64,000 nt of DNA from a virus, in the IMG/VR virus record IMGVR_UViG_3300032236_001082, positions 32,001 to 96,000 of that record; one strand, written 5' to 3'. The position numbers and the translations under genes are program-made. The number at the start of each line of letters is the position of its first letter. The stretch's first letter is position 1. This document shows, one piece after another, positions 55,883 through 64,000 of this stretch. The notes under the pieces were generated by a model. The model was not told the DNA's origin, made no database searches, and saw only the letters and a list, made by a program, of their open reading frames with translations.

Positions 55883-56122
55883 TTATGCTCCTGGTGTTGG
55901 ATCCGACAACTTTAATGAAGACAGCTCTGCTTGCAAAACAGCCATCTGAGCATTTGCATCGCTAAGTTGATTATTTAACGACATAATTGTCTCTGGGTTA
56001 GGAGATGCTACTGCTTGTGCTTCTCTTAAGCTGAGCTGAATGTTGTACATAGCATATCCCAAGTTCTTAATATGCTGATCTAAAATAGTAGATTTTTCCA
56101 AGTCTGATAGTTCTATTGACAT
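55883..56122 (-). CDS. Coiled-coil hypothetical protein
   Basis: ORF track; GGAGG RBS. Confidence 0.65.
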   Translation of the reverse strand: MSIELSDLEKSTILDQHIKNLGYAMYNIQLSLREAQAVASPNPETIMSLNNQLSDANAQMAVLQAELSSLKLSDPTPGA

Positions 56123-56134
56123 TTTTCCTCCATA

Positions 56135-56674
56135 TTACTCTATGATACCATCATTTCTATTATAAATGAAGCACTGGATGGTTATTCTAAACCTATCGGT
56201 TGTTTTGACTGGGGCTGTTCCATGATCCAGCCCGCCTTCATTTACTGTGCACAAATTAAAGGATGGTAGGATAGCTTTCCACTCTTCCCCATCTTGCCAC
56301 ATAAACATACCGCCATCATCATATTCCCAAACCCTGTTTAAATAGACAGTAACAGCTTTGCCAAAATGGTTATCGGTATGCCTTGGGATATAGGAATCTT
56401 TTGTCCAAACATATAAATTTGCCACACTGACTGGCATATGTTTATTTGGATCAAATATATTTGCTGCCTCCAGTGCACTTTCAAATTTACCAAGATCTTC
56501 TTTATTCATTTCAATTACAAATACAGAAGTACTGTCGTCTCTAGCATCTATAGGCCAAGCCCAATTTGATGACACCCTCGTTATTTCTGTGTTTTTACCA
56601 TACATAACATCATTTGCGTAATTATAAAGCTTGTCAGCAAAATCTTCATCAAGTAAATTTTTATAGATCAGCAT
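56135..56674 (-). CDS. 2OG-Fe(II) oxygenase (prolyl-hydroxylase-like)
   Basis: HTD, YLNR.W...DGG, P.FN, HG...R.TIQ. Confidence 0.88.
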   Translation of the reverse strand: MLIYKNLLDEDFADKLYNYANDVMYGKNTEITRVSSNWAWPIDARDDSTSVFVIEMNKEDLGKFESALEAANIFDPNKHMPVSVANLYVWTKDSYIPRHTDNHFGKAVTVYLNRVWEYDDGGMFMWQDGEEWKAILPSFNLCTVNEGGLDHGTAPVKTTDRFRITIQCFIYNRNDGIIE

Positions 56675-57224
56675 ACTTGCCTCTTTTGCCATCTTTCCTA
56701 TAATTTTTCTTATCAATGGAATAAGCTATACCTGCTCTTGGAACCGTTAAACTTTTAACCCCGTGTTTCATGGAGTCTGGAAGAAATATCACATCGCCAG
56801 GATTTAATGTATAACTAACTTCTGTTCCATCAAAACGAAACACAGTCCAATAAGTTTCTCCAACACAGCTCCAATGAATTTGCTCACATGGATCTTCATG
56901 TGGTCCCAAGCCACTTCCTTCGCCTAGAACTTCTGTCATAATAATGGCTGGCTCATCCCATAATGTATCTCCCCATACTTCATAGAGATTTGATCTAAAA
57001 TAAGAAAAAGCTTCGTTATCAGAAAGAATTGGCGATCCGTCATAATCAAAACTAATAGAAAGCTTAAAGTCATACTCCCAACGAGTATCAACAGCAACTT
57101 TAGATTTTTCTCTAAAGTCTAAAAATTCATCAAAAGACACAACATTTGGAAAAGCGTTCCTAAAAACAAACTCTTCTTGTCCGTCTTTTACTTCATTAAA
57201 TTTATCTATAAATTCTTTATTCAT
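56661..57224 (-). CDS. JmjC/cupin-domain oxygenase
   Basis: HED...IHW.C.G...W...LNPGDVIFLP....HGV...R. Confidence 0.8.
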   Translation of the reverse strand: MNKEFIDKFNEVKDGQEEFVFRNAFPNVVSFDEFLDFREKSKVAVDTRWEYDFKLSISFDYDGSPILSDNEAFSYFRSNLYEVWGDTLWDEPAIIMTEVLGEGSGLGPHEDPCEQIHWSCVGETYWTVFRFDGTEVSYTLNPGDVIFLPDSMKHGVKSLTVPRAGIAYSIDKKNYRKDGKRGKYADL

Positions 57225-58188
57225 TAATATTCCAATACTTTTCTGACACTTCAGCATATACCTGGCTGTAGCTTTCCTTATTATACATCTCTATAAATTT
57301 AAAATCAGTATTTGAAACAGCATAAGAATCTAACTCGTGCTTATAAGAATAGTTAATCTCTGATTTAATTAAATAAAACTTTGTAGATTCTTTGGCAAAT
57401 ATTCCATTTAAAAATGCTGTGCCTGCTATGCCAGCTATATGGGTTGCATTATACATATAAGATGCTTGCTCTACAACAGTCTTCCCGCTCATTTCAAGCA
57501 CTTCATAGCCTTCAGATTTAAAGAAATTTTCTATAGCATCATGATAGAACATTGGTGCATGCCTTAATGGGTCTTCACCATTATTAAATTTTTCAATTAA
57601 TTCACTTCTTTTTTTCCTGCTTAAAAATATTTTTTTAGGTAAAGATTGATCTTCTTTTAATTTACTGGAGTAGTATGTTTTCAGCTCTTTGTTTATTAAT
57701 TCATTGTCATGCTGGAATAAATCTTTAAATATATAATTATCTATTTTTAATCCTGGAACAAATCTTGATGAATAAAAAAAAGTAATTAAATTTTCAAATA
57801 CTATTTCTGTATTAAAAAATTCTTCTGGGGTCATAACAATATCTTTATCTAATTTAAAAAGATTTAAAGATTCTTTTCCAATTACACTAAAACTATTTGA
57901 GTCATGAGCATTGCTTGGTAAGACTTGATTTAACCAAAGTATATTAATATCTGGATCTATATTATTTTTATAATACAACATTGGACCAATACTTTCTTGC
58001 AAGTAGTGTCCATAATAATAAGGATTTGCAATTACCATCCATTTGCCAGATAAGTGCTTATTACTTTTACCTTTATTTATTATAAGATTTTTAAATGTAT
58101 AAATAGGACCGATGCCTTGATGTTTTTCAATACTCATCCCGTCATAGTTTGGATATTCCAGACCAGCTGCACCGACTATTTCATGCAT
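57217..58188 (-). CDS. Glycosyltransferase family 61 (DUF563)-like
   Basis: YGHYLxE, KIFLSR, GYE.......EQ...M..A..I.G..G.AFLN.IF. Confidence 0.75.
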   Translation of the reverse strand: MHEIVGAAGLEYPNYDGMSIEKHQGIGPIYTFKNLIINKGKSNKHLSGKWMVIANPYYYGHYLQESIGPMLYYKNNIDPDINILWLNQVLPSNAHDSNSFSVIGKESLNLFKLDKDIVMTPEEFFNTEIVFENLITFFYSSRFVPGLKIDNYIFKDLFQHDNELINKELKTYYSSKLKEDQSLPKKIFLSRKKRSELIEKFNNGEDPLRHAPMFYHDAIENFFKSEGYEVLEMSGKTVVEQASYMYNATHIAGIAGTAFLNGIFAKESTKFYLIKSEINYSYKHELDSYAVSNTDFKFIEMYNKESYSQVYAEVSEKYWNINE

Positions 58189-58190
58189 TT

Positions 58191-58796
58191 TTAATCAAGC
58201 CAACTTACTACAGCATATCTATGTCCATTATAAACATTATTTACTGAGTGGTTATATACATAAGAAGATGGGAATACCAATAGATCATTGGCTTTAGGTT
58301 TATATATGACTCCAAATCTAGGAAAAATAATTTCTCCGCCGTCGTAATCATCGTTTAAATAATAAATTACAGAAACAGTTCTTGGAAATTCTAAACAATC
58401 ATCCAAATGATTTCTAAAGTATTCTCCTTCTCCATAATTTAAAATACTCCATAAATCATGCGATCTAGTCTCTACACCAAAATCACCCTTGTAATGTTCT
58501 TCTACTGGGGTGAAGTATTTGTACATAACAGAGCCAAGTTTTATTTGTAAATCTTCCCATTTATCTTTTCCAGTTTCTGGCGGGTTTTTGGAAAGCTCGT
58601 ATGGAATTCCAGAAGTCTTTAACTTTCTAACGTGATAATCAACTATGTTGTATCCATCACTTATTATCATGGGCTCCCCCCATTGAAAATTTTCTGATTC
58701 AAACAAAGATCTTATTTCTTTGTACTGTTCATCAAAATTATCAATAACATTTTGATACACACGAAGGCCAGGGCCTATCTCTTTATATTCCATCAT
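58191..58796 (-). CDS. 2OG-Fe(II) oxygenase (prolyl 4-hydroxylase-like)
   Basis: Y..GEYF..HLD, R.VS..YYLNDDYDGGEI, FPS...HSV..V..G.RY.VVSW; start trimmed. Confidence 0.9.
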   Translation of the reverse strand: MMEYKEIGPGLRVYQNVIDNFDEQYKEIRSLFESENFQWGEPMIISDGYNIVDYHVRKLKTSGIPYELSKNPPETGKDKWEDLQIKLGSVMYKYFTPVEEHYKGDFGVETRSHDLWSILNYGEGEYFRNHLDDCLEFPRTVSVIYYLNDDYDGGEIIFPRFGVIYKPKANDLLVFPSSYVYNHSVNNVYNGHRYAVVSWLD

Positions 58797-61140
58797 TTTC
58801 ATCCATTTCTTGTTGTATAATTTCATCAATAATTTCAGATCCTGGCACAGGAAATACCGCAAAGCCTGGAGGGCTGAAGAACCCTGGTGGCGCAAAGAAC
58901 CCTGGTGGGGTGAAGAACCCTGGCGGGGTAAAAAAACCTGGTGGGGTAAAGAACCCTGGTGGGGTGAAGAACCCTGGTGGGGTGAAGAACCCTGGTGGCG
59001 CAAAGAACCCTGGTGGGGTGAATGTACCTGGGTAGACAACAAAGCTTGGTGGTGGAGAAACCGCAGGTGTGACCGCAGGTGTGACCGCAGGTGTGACAGA
59101 AGTAACTGATGGAGTTACCGCTGGAGAAACGTTTCCTCCTCCTGGGTATACAACAAAGCTTGGTGGTGGAGAAACCGCAGGAACTACGGCTGGAGTGACG
59201 GCTGTAACAGCTGGTGTAACGGATGTTACAGAAGGTGTAACAGCACCAGGATTTGGTCCACCACCAGGATAAACAATTCCTGTTACAGATGGCGTGACAG
59301 ATGTAACGGCTGGGGTAACGGCTGTGACAGCAGGCGTAACAGATGCTGCTGCTGATGCAATGATTGTACTACTGTAATAGTAATGTGTAGTTCCTGATAA
59401 ATCAACAACAGTATCTCTAACTGCAAAAATGTATGGAGGGTATGCTGCATCTAGTGGCATAACTACATAATATCCGCTAGTGTCTAGTGGCACTCCCGAC
59501 CCACTGTTTGGTGTAAAAGTATTTCCAACCAATGCTGAAGTAACGCTAGCATAATTTTGATAAGTTCCACCACTCCAAGTTATAGCAGTTCCTACAACAC
59601 CAGATCCTTGAATTGTTGGAGAAGAAGACTGTGACAAAACTGGCGGGACAACACTAATATCATTTGATTGTGTAGACAAAGAGCCATAAGCGTTTGTAGC
59701 AGTTACAGTACAATGCACACCAAAGTTTGGATAAAGACTATGAAAATTAGGTGCAAATGTATAACTGCTTGATGTAGCTCCTGGCAATGGTTTGTATACA
59801 TATCCAGTTGGGCTAAAGTAGTACCATTGATAGGTATAAGTAATAGGAGTTGCCCCACTATATGTGCCAGGACTTACTGTGGCAGTAGCACCTTCATAAA
59901 CAGTGCTTGGTGACGCAACTGGGGCTGATATTAAAGTTAATTGCGGACTAGTTCCATCCATAACTGAAACGATATCGGTATAAGCTACGACACCATTGTT
60001 TCCAGTAGCTACTGGGTTATTAGCTGTTACCTTACAAAGTAAACCAAAATTTTTAAATAAAGAATTAAAATTCCATGGAGGAGAATAAGAACTTGTATAG
60101 GCTCCAATACTTTGATAGGTAAGATCACTTTGTCTAAGGTACTGCCAATCATACGACAGTGTTATTGGCGCATCTCCCGTCCAAGTTCCACCATTTGTAC
60201 TAAAAGTTGTTATTCCTGCAGTTGGATCTACTCCACTAGGGGTATATGTTATAGAAGGTTTAGTTTTATTTACTGGAATTGAAGACGCTGTAAACAATCC
60301 ATAATTTGTAGTTAAAGAAATACCCTGAGTTAAACCAGAAAAATCTGTACCTGAATTAAATTGAGTTTCTACAGCATAAAAATACATACCACTATTTGTT
60401 GGGTCTTGTCCTAAATCAAAGTTTGCTATAGAGCCATAACTTGTTCCGTCTGAGGACTCATAGCTAATTTGACTAATTGTTTGATATACAGTTCCACCTG
60501 TTGTTCCAGGGGAAGAACTTCTATACAAAGTTATTGTTGATCTTGTAGTATCTGGAAGATAGCCAGCAGATGAATCCCAGGTAGAGTTGTATTGAAGTAT
60601 ATTTAAAATTTTTGTAAATGATGCACTGATGCTACGTGGTGGATTTCTATGCACAAATATTTGAATTGGTAGTGAGTTATCATCTCCAATAATATCTGTT
60701 GTTGTGGTATTAGCTTGAATATCAAACGTAATATAAGTTCCATCATAGTTAAAACTAGATGTACTTAAAGGAATGTTTACTGGGTTATTATAAGTTCCAG
60801 TGTCGCATGCAACGCCTAATTGATTAGGAATTGGAGAAGAAAAAACGGTGTACTGATAGTTTGTTATAACATATCCGTTTGGAACCCAAACACCTTTTTG
60901 CCCATAAAGGCTTGTGCTGGTTATTATGATATCATTTCTGGCGTATGCTGTTGCGCCATCTGATGCTGAAGTAGAAAAATAAGGAGATGTTGTAGTATAA
61001 GGTCCTGATTTTGGCCAGAATTGAACCCAACCTTTTGCAGCCTTTACAAATCCTTTTTTAACTTTTGCCCAGCCAGAATCGGTTTTTACTTTAAAATTGG
61101 TAACGTTTTGCCAGCTACCGCCATTAACTCTTAAACCCAT
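58783..61140 (-). CDS. Ig-like-domain minor tail/virion protein with TPAV and PPGFF repeats
   Basis: Repeated P.I....G....G.W.....Y.W Ig motifs; follows tail fibre gene. Confidence 0.78.
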   Translation of the reverse strand: MGLRVNGGSWQNVTNFKVKTDSGWAKVKKGFVKAAKGWVQFWPKSGPYTTTSPYFSTSASDGATAYARNDIIITSTSLYGQKGVWVPNGYVITNYQYTVFSSPIPNQLGVACDTGTYNNPVNIPLSTSSFNYDGTYITFDIQANTTTTDIIGDDNSLPIQIFVHRNPPRSISASFTKILNILQYNSTWDSSAGYLPDTTRSTITLYRSSSPGTTGGTVYQTISQISYESSDGTSYGSIANFDLGQDPTNSGMYFYAVETQFNSGTDFSGLTQGISLTTNYGLFTASSIPVNKTKPSITYTPSGVDPTAGITTFSTNGGTWTGDAPITLSYDWQYLRQSDLTYQSIGAYTSSYSPPWNFNSLFKNFGLLCKVTANNPVATGNNGVVAYTDIVSVMDGTSPQLTLISAPVASPSTVYEGATATVSPGTYSGATPITYTYQWYYFSPTGYVYKPLPGATSSSYTFAPNFHSLYPNFGVHCTVTATNAYGSLSTQSNDISVVPPVLSQSSSPTIQGSGVVGTAITWSGGTYQNYASVTSALVGNTFTPNSGSGVPLDTSGYYVVMPLDAAYPPYIFAVRDTVVDLSGTTHYYYSSTIIASAAASVTPAVTAVTPAVTSVTPSVTGIVYPGGGPNPGAVTPSVTSVTPAVTAVTPAVVPAVSPPPSFVVYPGGGNVSPAVTPSVTSVTPAVTPAVTPAVSPPPSFVVYPGTFTPPGFFAPPGFFTPPGFFTPPGFFTPPGFFTPPGFFTPPGFFAPPGFFSPPGFAVFPVPGSEIIDEIIQQEMDENDGI
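58858..59019 (-). repeat. 9 x 18-bp tandem repeat encoding (T/A/S)PPGFF
   Basis: CCTGG recurs every 18 nt from 58865 to 59009. Confidence 0.92.
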
Positions 61141-61149
61141 TTTATTCCT

Positions 61150-64000
61150 TTAGTATGTTACGTACAGGTCTCCAACAAAGCCTGTACCCGTTGAACCAAC
61201 TGCTGGACCCGATCCGCTGTTTACATAAATATTTCTAACGAAGCCTATCGTTCCTACTATATCAGTTGCGTTTCTAACTCTCATGTTACCATTTAAATAA
61301 ATATATCCATTAGGACTATTTCCTATAATAACGTCACTACTGTCCAAGTATATCACGCCAGTACTTATAGCTGCAAATGATTGTCCAACTACCTGCTGAG
61401 TAATTACTCCATTATTATCCGCATGGTTCCAAATAGTTGAAGACCCATCTGGATCTATAGAAATAAGCGGAACTGCTCCTCTGCCTTGATTGCTACCAAA
61501 AACTTGAAAAGCTTTTGCTGTACTTAATACGGTGTATCCATTAGATGTAATTTGTCCGTTACCAAAAGAAGTAGTAGTATCAATAGCAGCTGCAGAAGCT
61601 GAGGTTTGATTAATTACTCCTCCACTGTTAGATGCACTGAATGTAACCAAAGAACCTAAAGCGGATGATCCAGCAGAATATGTCTGCAATTGAGCTCCTG
61701 CTGAATCTAAAGAAACATAAGAGTTAGATCCTTTAGATCTTAAATAGCTACTTGTGATTGTCCAACCAGTAGTATCACTTCCTATGTAACCTTCAGTTGC
61801 AGTTACTTTACCCTTTATTGTGGCAGAACTTGCTGTTACATTACCAAGATGATCCACAAAGAACTTAGGTATTGTATCTAAAGCTCCTACGCTTATTGCA
61901 TAACCATTTGAAGTGGAAGACCCGCCATAAATTCTAACACCATAATTATTTTGCGTTGCATTATAATCAGTTGGATAAGCAGTTATAGTTCCATTTGCAG
62001 AGCTTAATTCTAGCTGACCAGAATATATCTTTCCAGCTTTAACAATCCATGCTCCTGATGCTCCAGATAAACTTCCAAGATAAGCAGAGTTTGTAGCAAG
62101 GGTAACTCCATCTTCTCCTATAGGGCTAGATGATATTTGTGTTGTTACTGTTGAGCCATTTGGAGATGCTATGATACCCGCACCACCCATTTTTACATAA
62201 GCACTTCCTGGGCCATTTACAATTAAATAACCAGAAGATCCAATGGTAACGCTGCTGTTAAAATTAGAAGCTTGATTGACTGTTATGGAACCAGTAATGG
62301 TTGCTTTGCTTGCAGTGATGCTTCCATCTCCATAAACATAAAATCCAGTGCCTGCACTAATTAATGTGTCTGAGCCAACGCCACTACCTATAATTTGGAT
62401 GTTTCTTGCTACTACTGCTCCACCTGGTGTTACTGTAAACTTAGCTTGTGAGTCACCACCGCTTGTTGCAGACCCCGCCCAAAATGAATATGTGCCAGTA
62501 GCAGACATTCCTACGTAGTTTGAAGCAGATCCTAATGTATTTTGGATCTGAGTACTGTTGATTGACCAATCGGCAATTTTTGCATTAGTAGTTTCAAATG
62601 TATAACTAGATGCTCCTGGGTTTGTAATTATTGCAGTTGACGCTGGGGTTGAAGCTGTTGAACCATAATCAAAAGCAAATATACCAGAATAAGCTGATGT
62701 GCCATCTGGACCTTTATTGCCTGAAGGACCCAATACAATTCTTGAGCCTGTTGTTGCACTATTGCCAACAAATATTGATCCGCCACCACCAATTTGCACA
62801 GCATTTTGAATAACAGATATTGATGGGTTTGTTGGAGTAACTTGATATACTATAGAATTTTGCGAAGGAGAATCGTAAATATCATAGTATCTTAAAATCA
62901 AATAACCAGTTGCATATAAATTATCGAATACGCTTGCTGGGCCTGTGCCTGAATAAACCAAAGACTGCATGTGATAATTGCCAGCTGCTTGCTGAGTTAA
63001 ATTGTTGTTGACCGTAATCGTATATGGGCCAGAACCAGTTATAGAGGTAACCCAAGTATTTGTAGGAATACCAGTTCCAGTTATTGGATATCCAACATAG
63101 GTATTTACAGTCTTACCAGTTGGTAATGTAAATCCGCCATTTTCCATTGAAATTGAATTAACAACAAAAGTTTTTTGACCAGACGCTCCACCAGAAGCAA
63201 ATGTTGCATCCATATAATCTGGCATGTCAACTGTTGCGAATGATCCAGTTGGGTCAATAAAGAATTGATATACTTCACCATAAGATGCGCCAGTTGTTCC
63301 AAGAGCAAACTGTACGTTATAACCATCAATTACATTTGTGATAGTTGCTACTGGCACTACCGATCCTATAGAACTAGTTCTGCTAAATGTAGTTATATTC
63401 TGAACAGTAGAGCTTTCTGTTCCATACTGGGATTGCAAAACAAACGTTCCGCTATAAGATTTATAGTATTGTCCAAACTGTGCGAATATTAAATTCTTAG
63501 GGATTGTAAATGATGTTTCTGTTTTACTTGCTATAGTGTGATAAAAGAAGCCAGATAGATTATTAGCTGCAGTTGGAACTAATTTAACTTTAACTGTTAC
63601 TGGTTTATTTAAATCTGAATCTACTATAGAGGGAAGTGTATAGGTTACTACTACATCATCTCCCGCCCCGTTATTTGAAAATGATGCTGAGACATTAGTG
63701 GCATTTGCTGGTGGTAAATTGTTTGCTGGAAGCAGAGCAGTTGGTGTTGCTTCTACGTAATTTGAATAAGCAGACTTTGCACCAGTTGTTTCCATGAACC
63801 AAGCTCTTACATATCTATGAGCCCCGTCTGCAGCAAATACAGAAGCTGGGCTTATGGTCTTTGGCTCTCCTACCTGAACCCAACCAACGCTTGATGCAGC
63901 AGCAGCTGTGTCCACCTGAGCAGATGTCAATCCAGTGGTCGGGTAAACAAACTCTTGAATGATTTCAGATAAAAAATTGCCATTTGGAGTAGCTTTTGCT
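61150..64000 (-). CDS. Large tail fibre/minor tail protein (5' end outside window)
   Basis: Gly/Ser/Thr-rich, FN3-like and G.I.GW.I repeats; frame open to window edge. Confidence 0.8.
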   Translation of the reverse strand, partial: AKATPNGNFLSEIIQEFVYPTTGLTSAQVDTAAAASSVGWVQVGEPKTISPASVFAADGAHRYVRAWFMETTGAKSAYSNYVEATPTALLPANNLPPANATNVSASFSNNGAGDDVVVTYTLPSIVDSDLNKPVTVKVKLVPTAANNLSGFFYHTIASKTETSFTIPKNLIFAQFGQYYKSYSGTFVLQSQYGTESSTVQNITTFSRTSSIGSVVPVATITNVIDGYNVQFALGTTGASYGEVYQFFIDPTGSFATVDMPDYMDATFASGGASGQKTFVVNSISMENGGFTLPTGKTVNTYVGYPITGTGIPTNTWVTSITGSGPYTITVNNNLTQQAAGNYHMQSLVYSGTGPASVFDNLYATGYLILRYYDIYDSPSQNSIVYQVTPTNPSISVIQNAVQIGGGGSIFVGNSATTGSRIVLGPSGNKGPDGTSAYSGIFAFDYGSTASTPASTAIITNPGASSYTFETTNAKIADWSINSTQIQNTLGSASNYVGMSATGTYSFWAGSATSGGDSQAKFTVTPGGAVVARNIQIIGSGVGSDTLISAGTGFYVYGDGSITASKATITGSITVNQASNFNSSVTIGSSGYLIVNGPGSAYVKMGGAGIIASPNGSTVTTQISSSPIGEDGVTLATNSAYLGSLSGASGAWIVKAGKIYSGQLELSSANGTITAYPTDYNATQNNYGVRIYGGSSTSNGYAISVGALDTIPKFFVDHLGNVTASSATIKGKVTATEGYIGSDTTGWTITSSYLRSKGSNSYVSLDSAGAQLQTYSAGSSALGSLVTFSASNSGGVINQTSASAAAIDTTTSFGNGQITSNGYTVLSTAKAFQVFGSNQGRGAVPLISIDPDGSSTIWNHADNNGVITQQVVGQSFAAISTGVIYLDSSDVIIGNSPNGYIYLNGNMRVRNATDIVGTIGFVRNIYVNSGSGPAVGSTGTGFVGDLYVTY

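Noticed and set aside
58858-59019. CRISPR-like array
   Set aside because: Contiguous in-frame repeats with no spacers.
58797-59042. HQGSS-repeat N-terminal extension of the oxygenase ORF and antisense EEPWW ORF
   Set aside because: Alternative-frame shadows of the 18-bp PPGFF repeat; the oxygenase fold starts at ATG 58796/58793.

Overview
64-kb segment of a large, low-GC tailed dsDNA phage; the host is inferred to be an actinobacterium, probably a low-GC freshwater lineage (WhiB, Lsr2-like, AhpC/AhpD, AGAAAG ribosome-binding sites, many leaderless genes). Positions 1-8200 are a + strand early/accessory region of small genes with a repeated phage-specific promoter element and four perfect CRP-type boxes. 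Positions ~8200-8700 are a convergent non-coding junction packed with DnaA boxes and other repeats. Positions 8700-64000 are almost all - strand: ThyX, GroES, thioredoxin, WhiB, Dps, an 8-tRNA cluster split by ahpC-ahpD, lysis/surface genes, large terminase, RuvC, Cas4-like exonuclease, RecA, DnaE, SSB, primase, DnaB and tail proteins, interspersed with about 12 Fe(II)/2OG-type oxygenases. Best novelty candidates: (1) an operon coupling an Ig-domain tail protein ending in nine (T/A/S)PPGFF repeats to two prolyl-hydroxylase-like oxygenases, a GT61-like glycosyltransferase and a JmjC/cupin, suggesting virion hydroxyproline/glycan modification; (2) a collection of apparent binding sites for host regulators (DnaA, MraZ, CRP, WhiA, BldC-like); (3) a likely programmed -1 frameshift fusing an Lsr2-like domain to a zinc finger; (4) several structured ncRNA candidates and an atypical tRNA(UAU). 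All family calls come from motif recognition by eye, not database searches.
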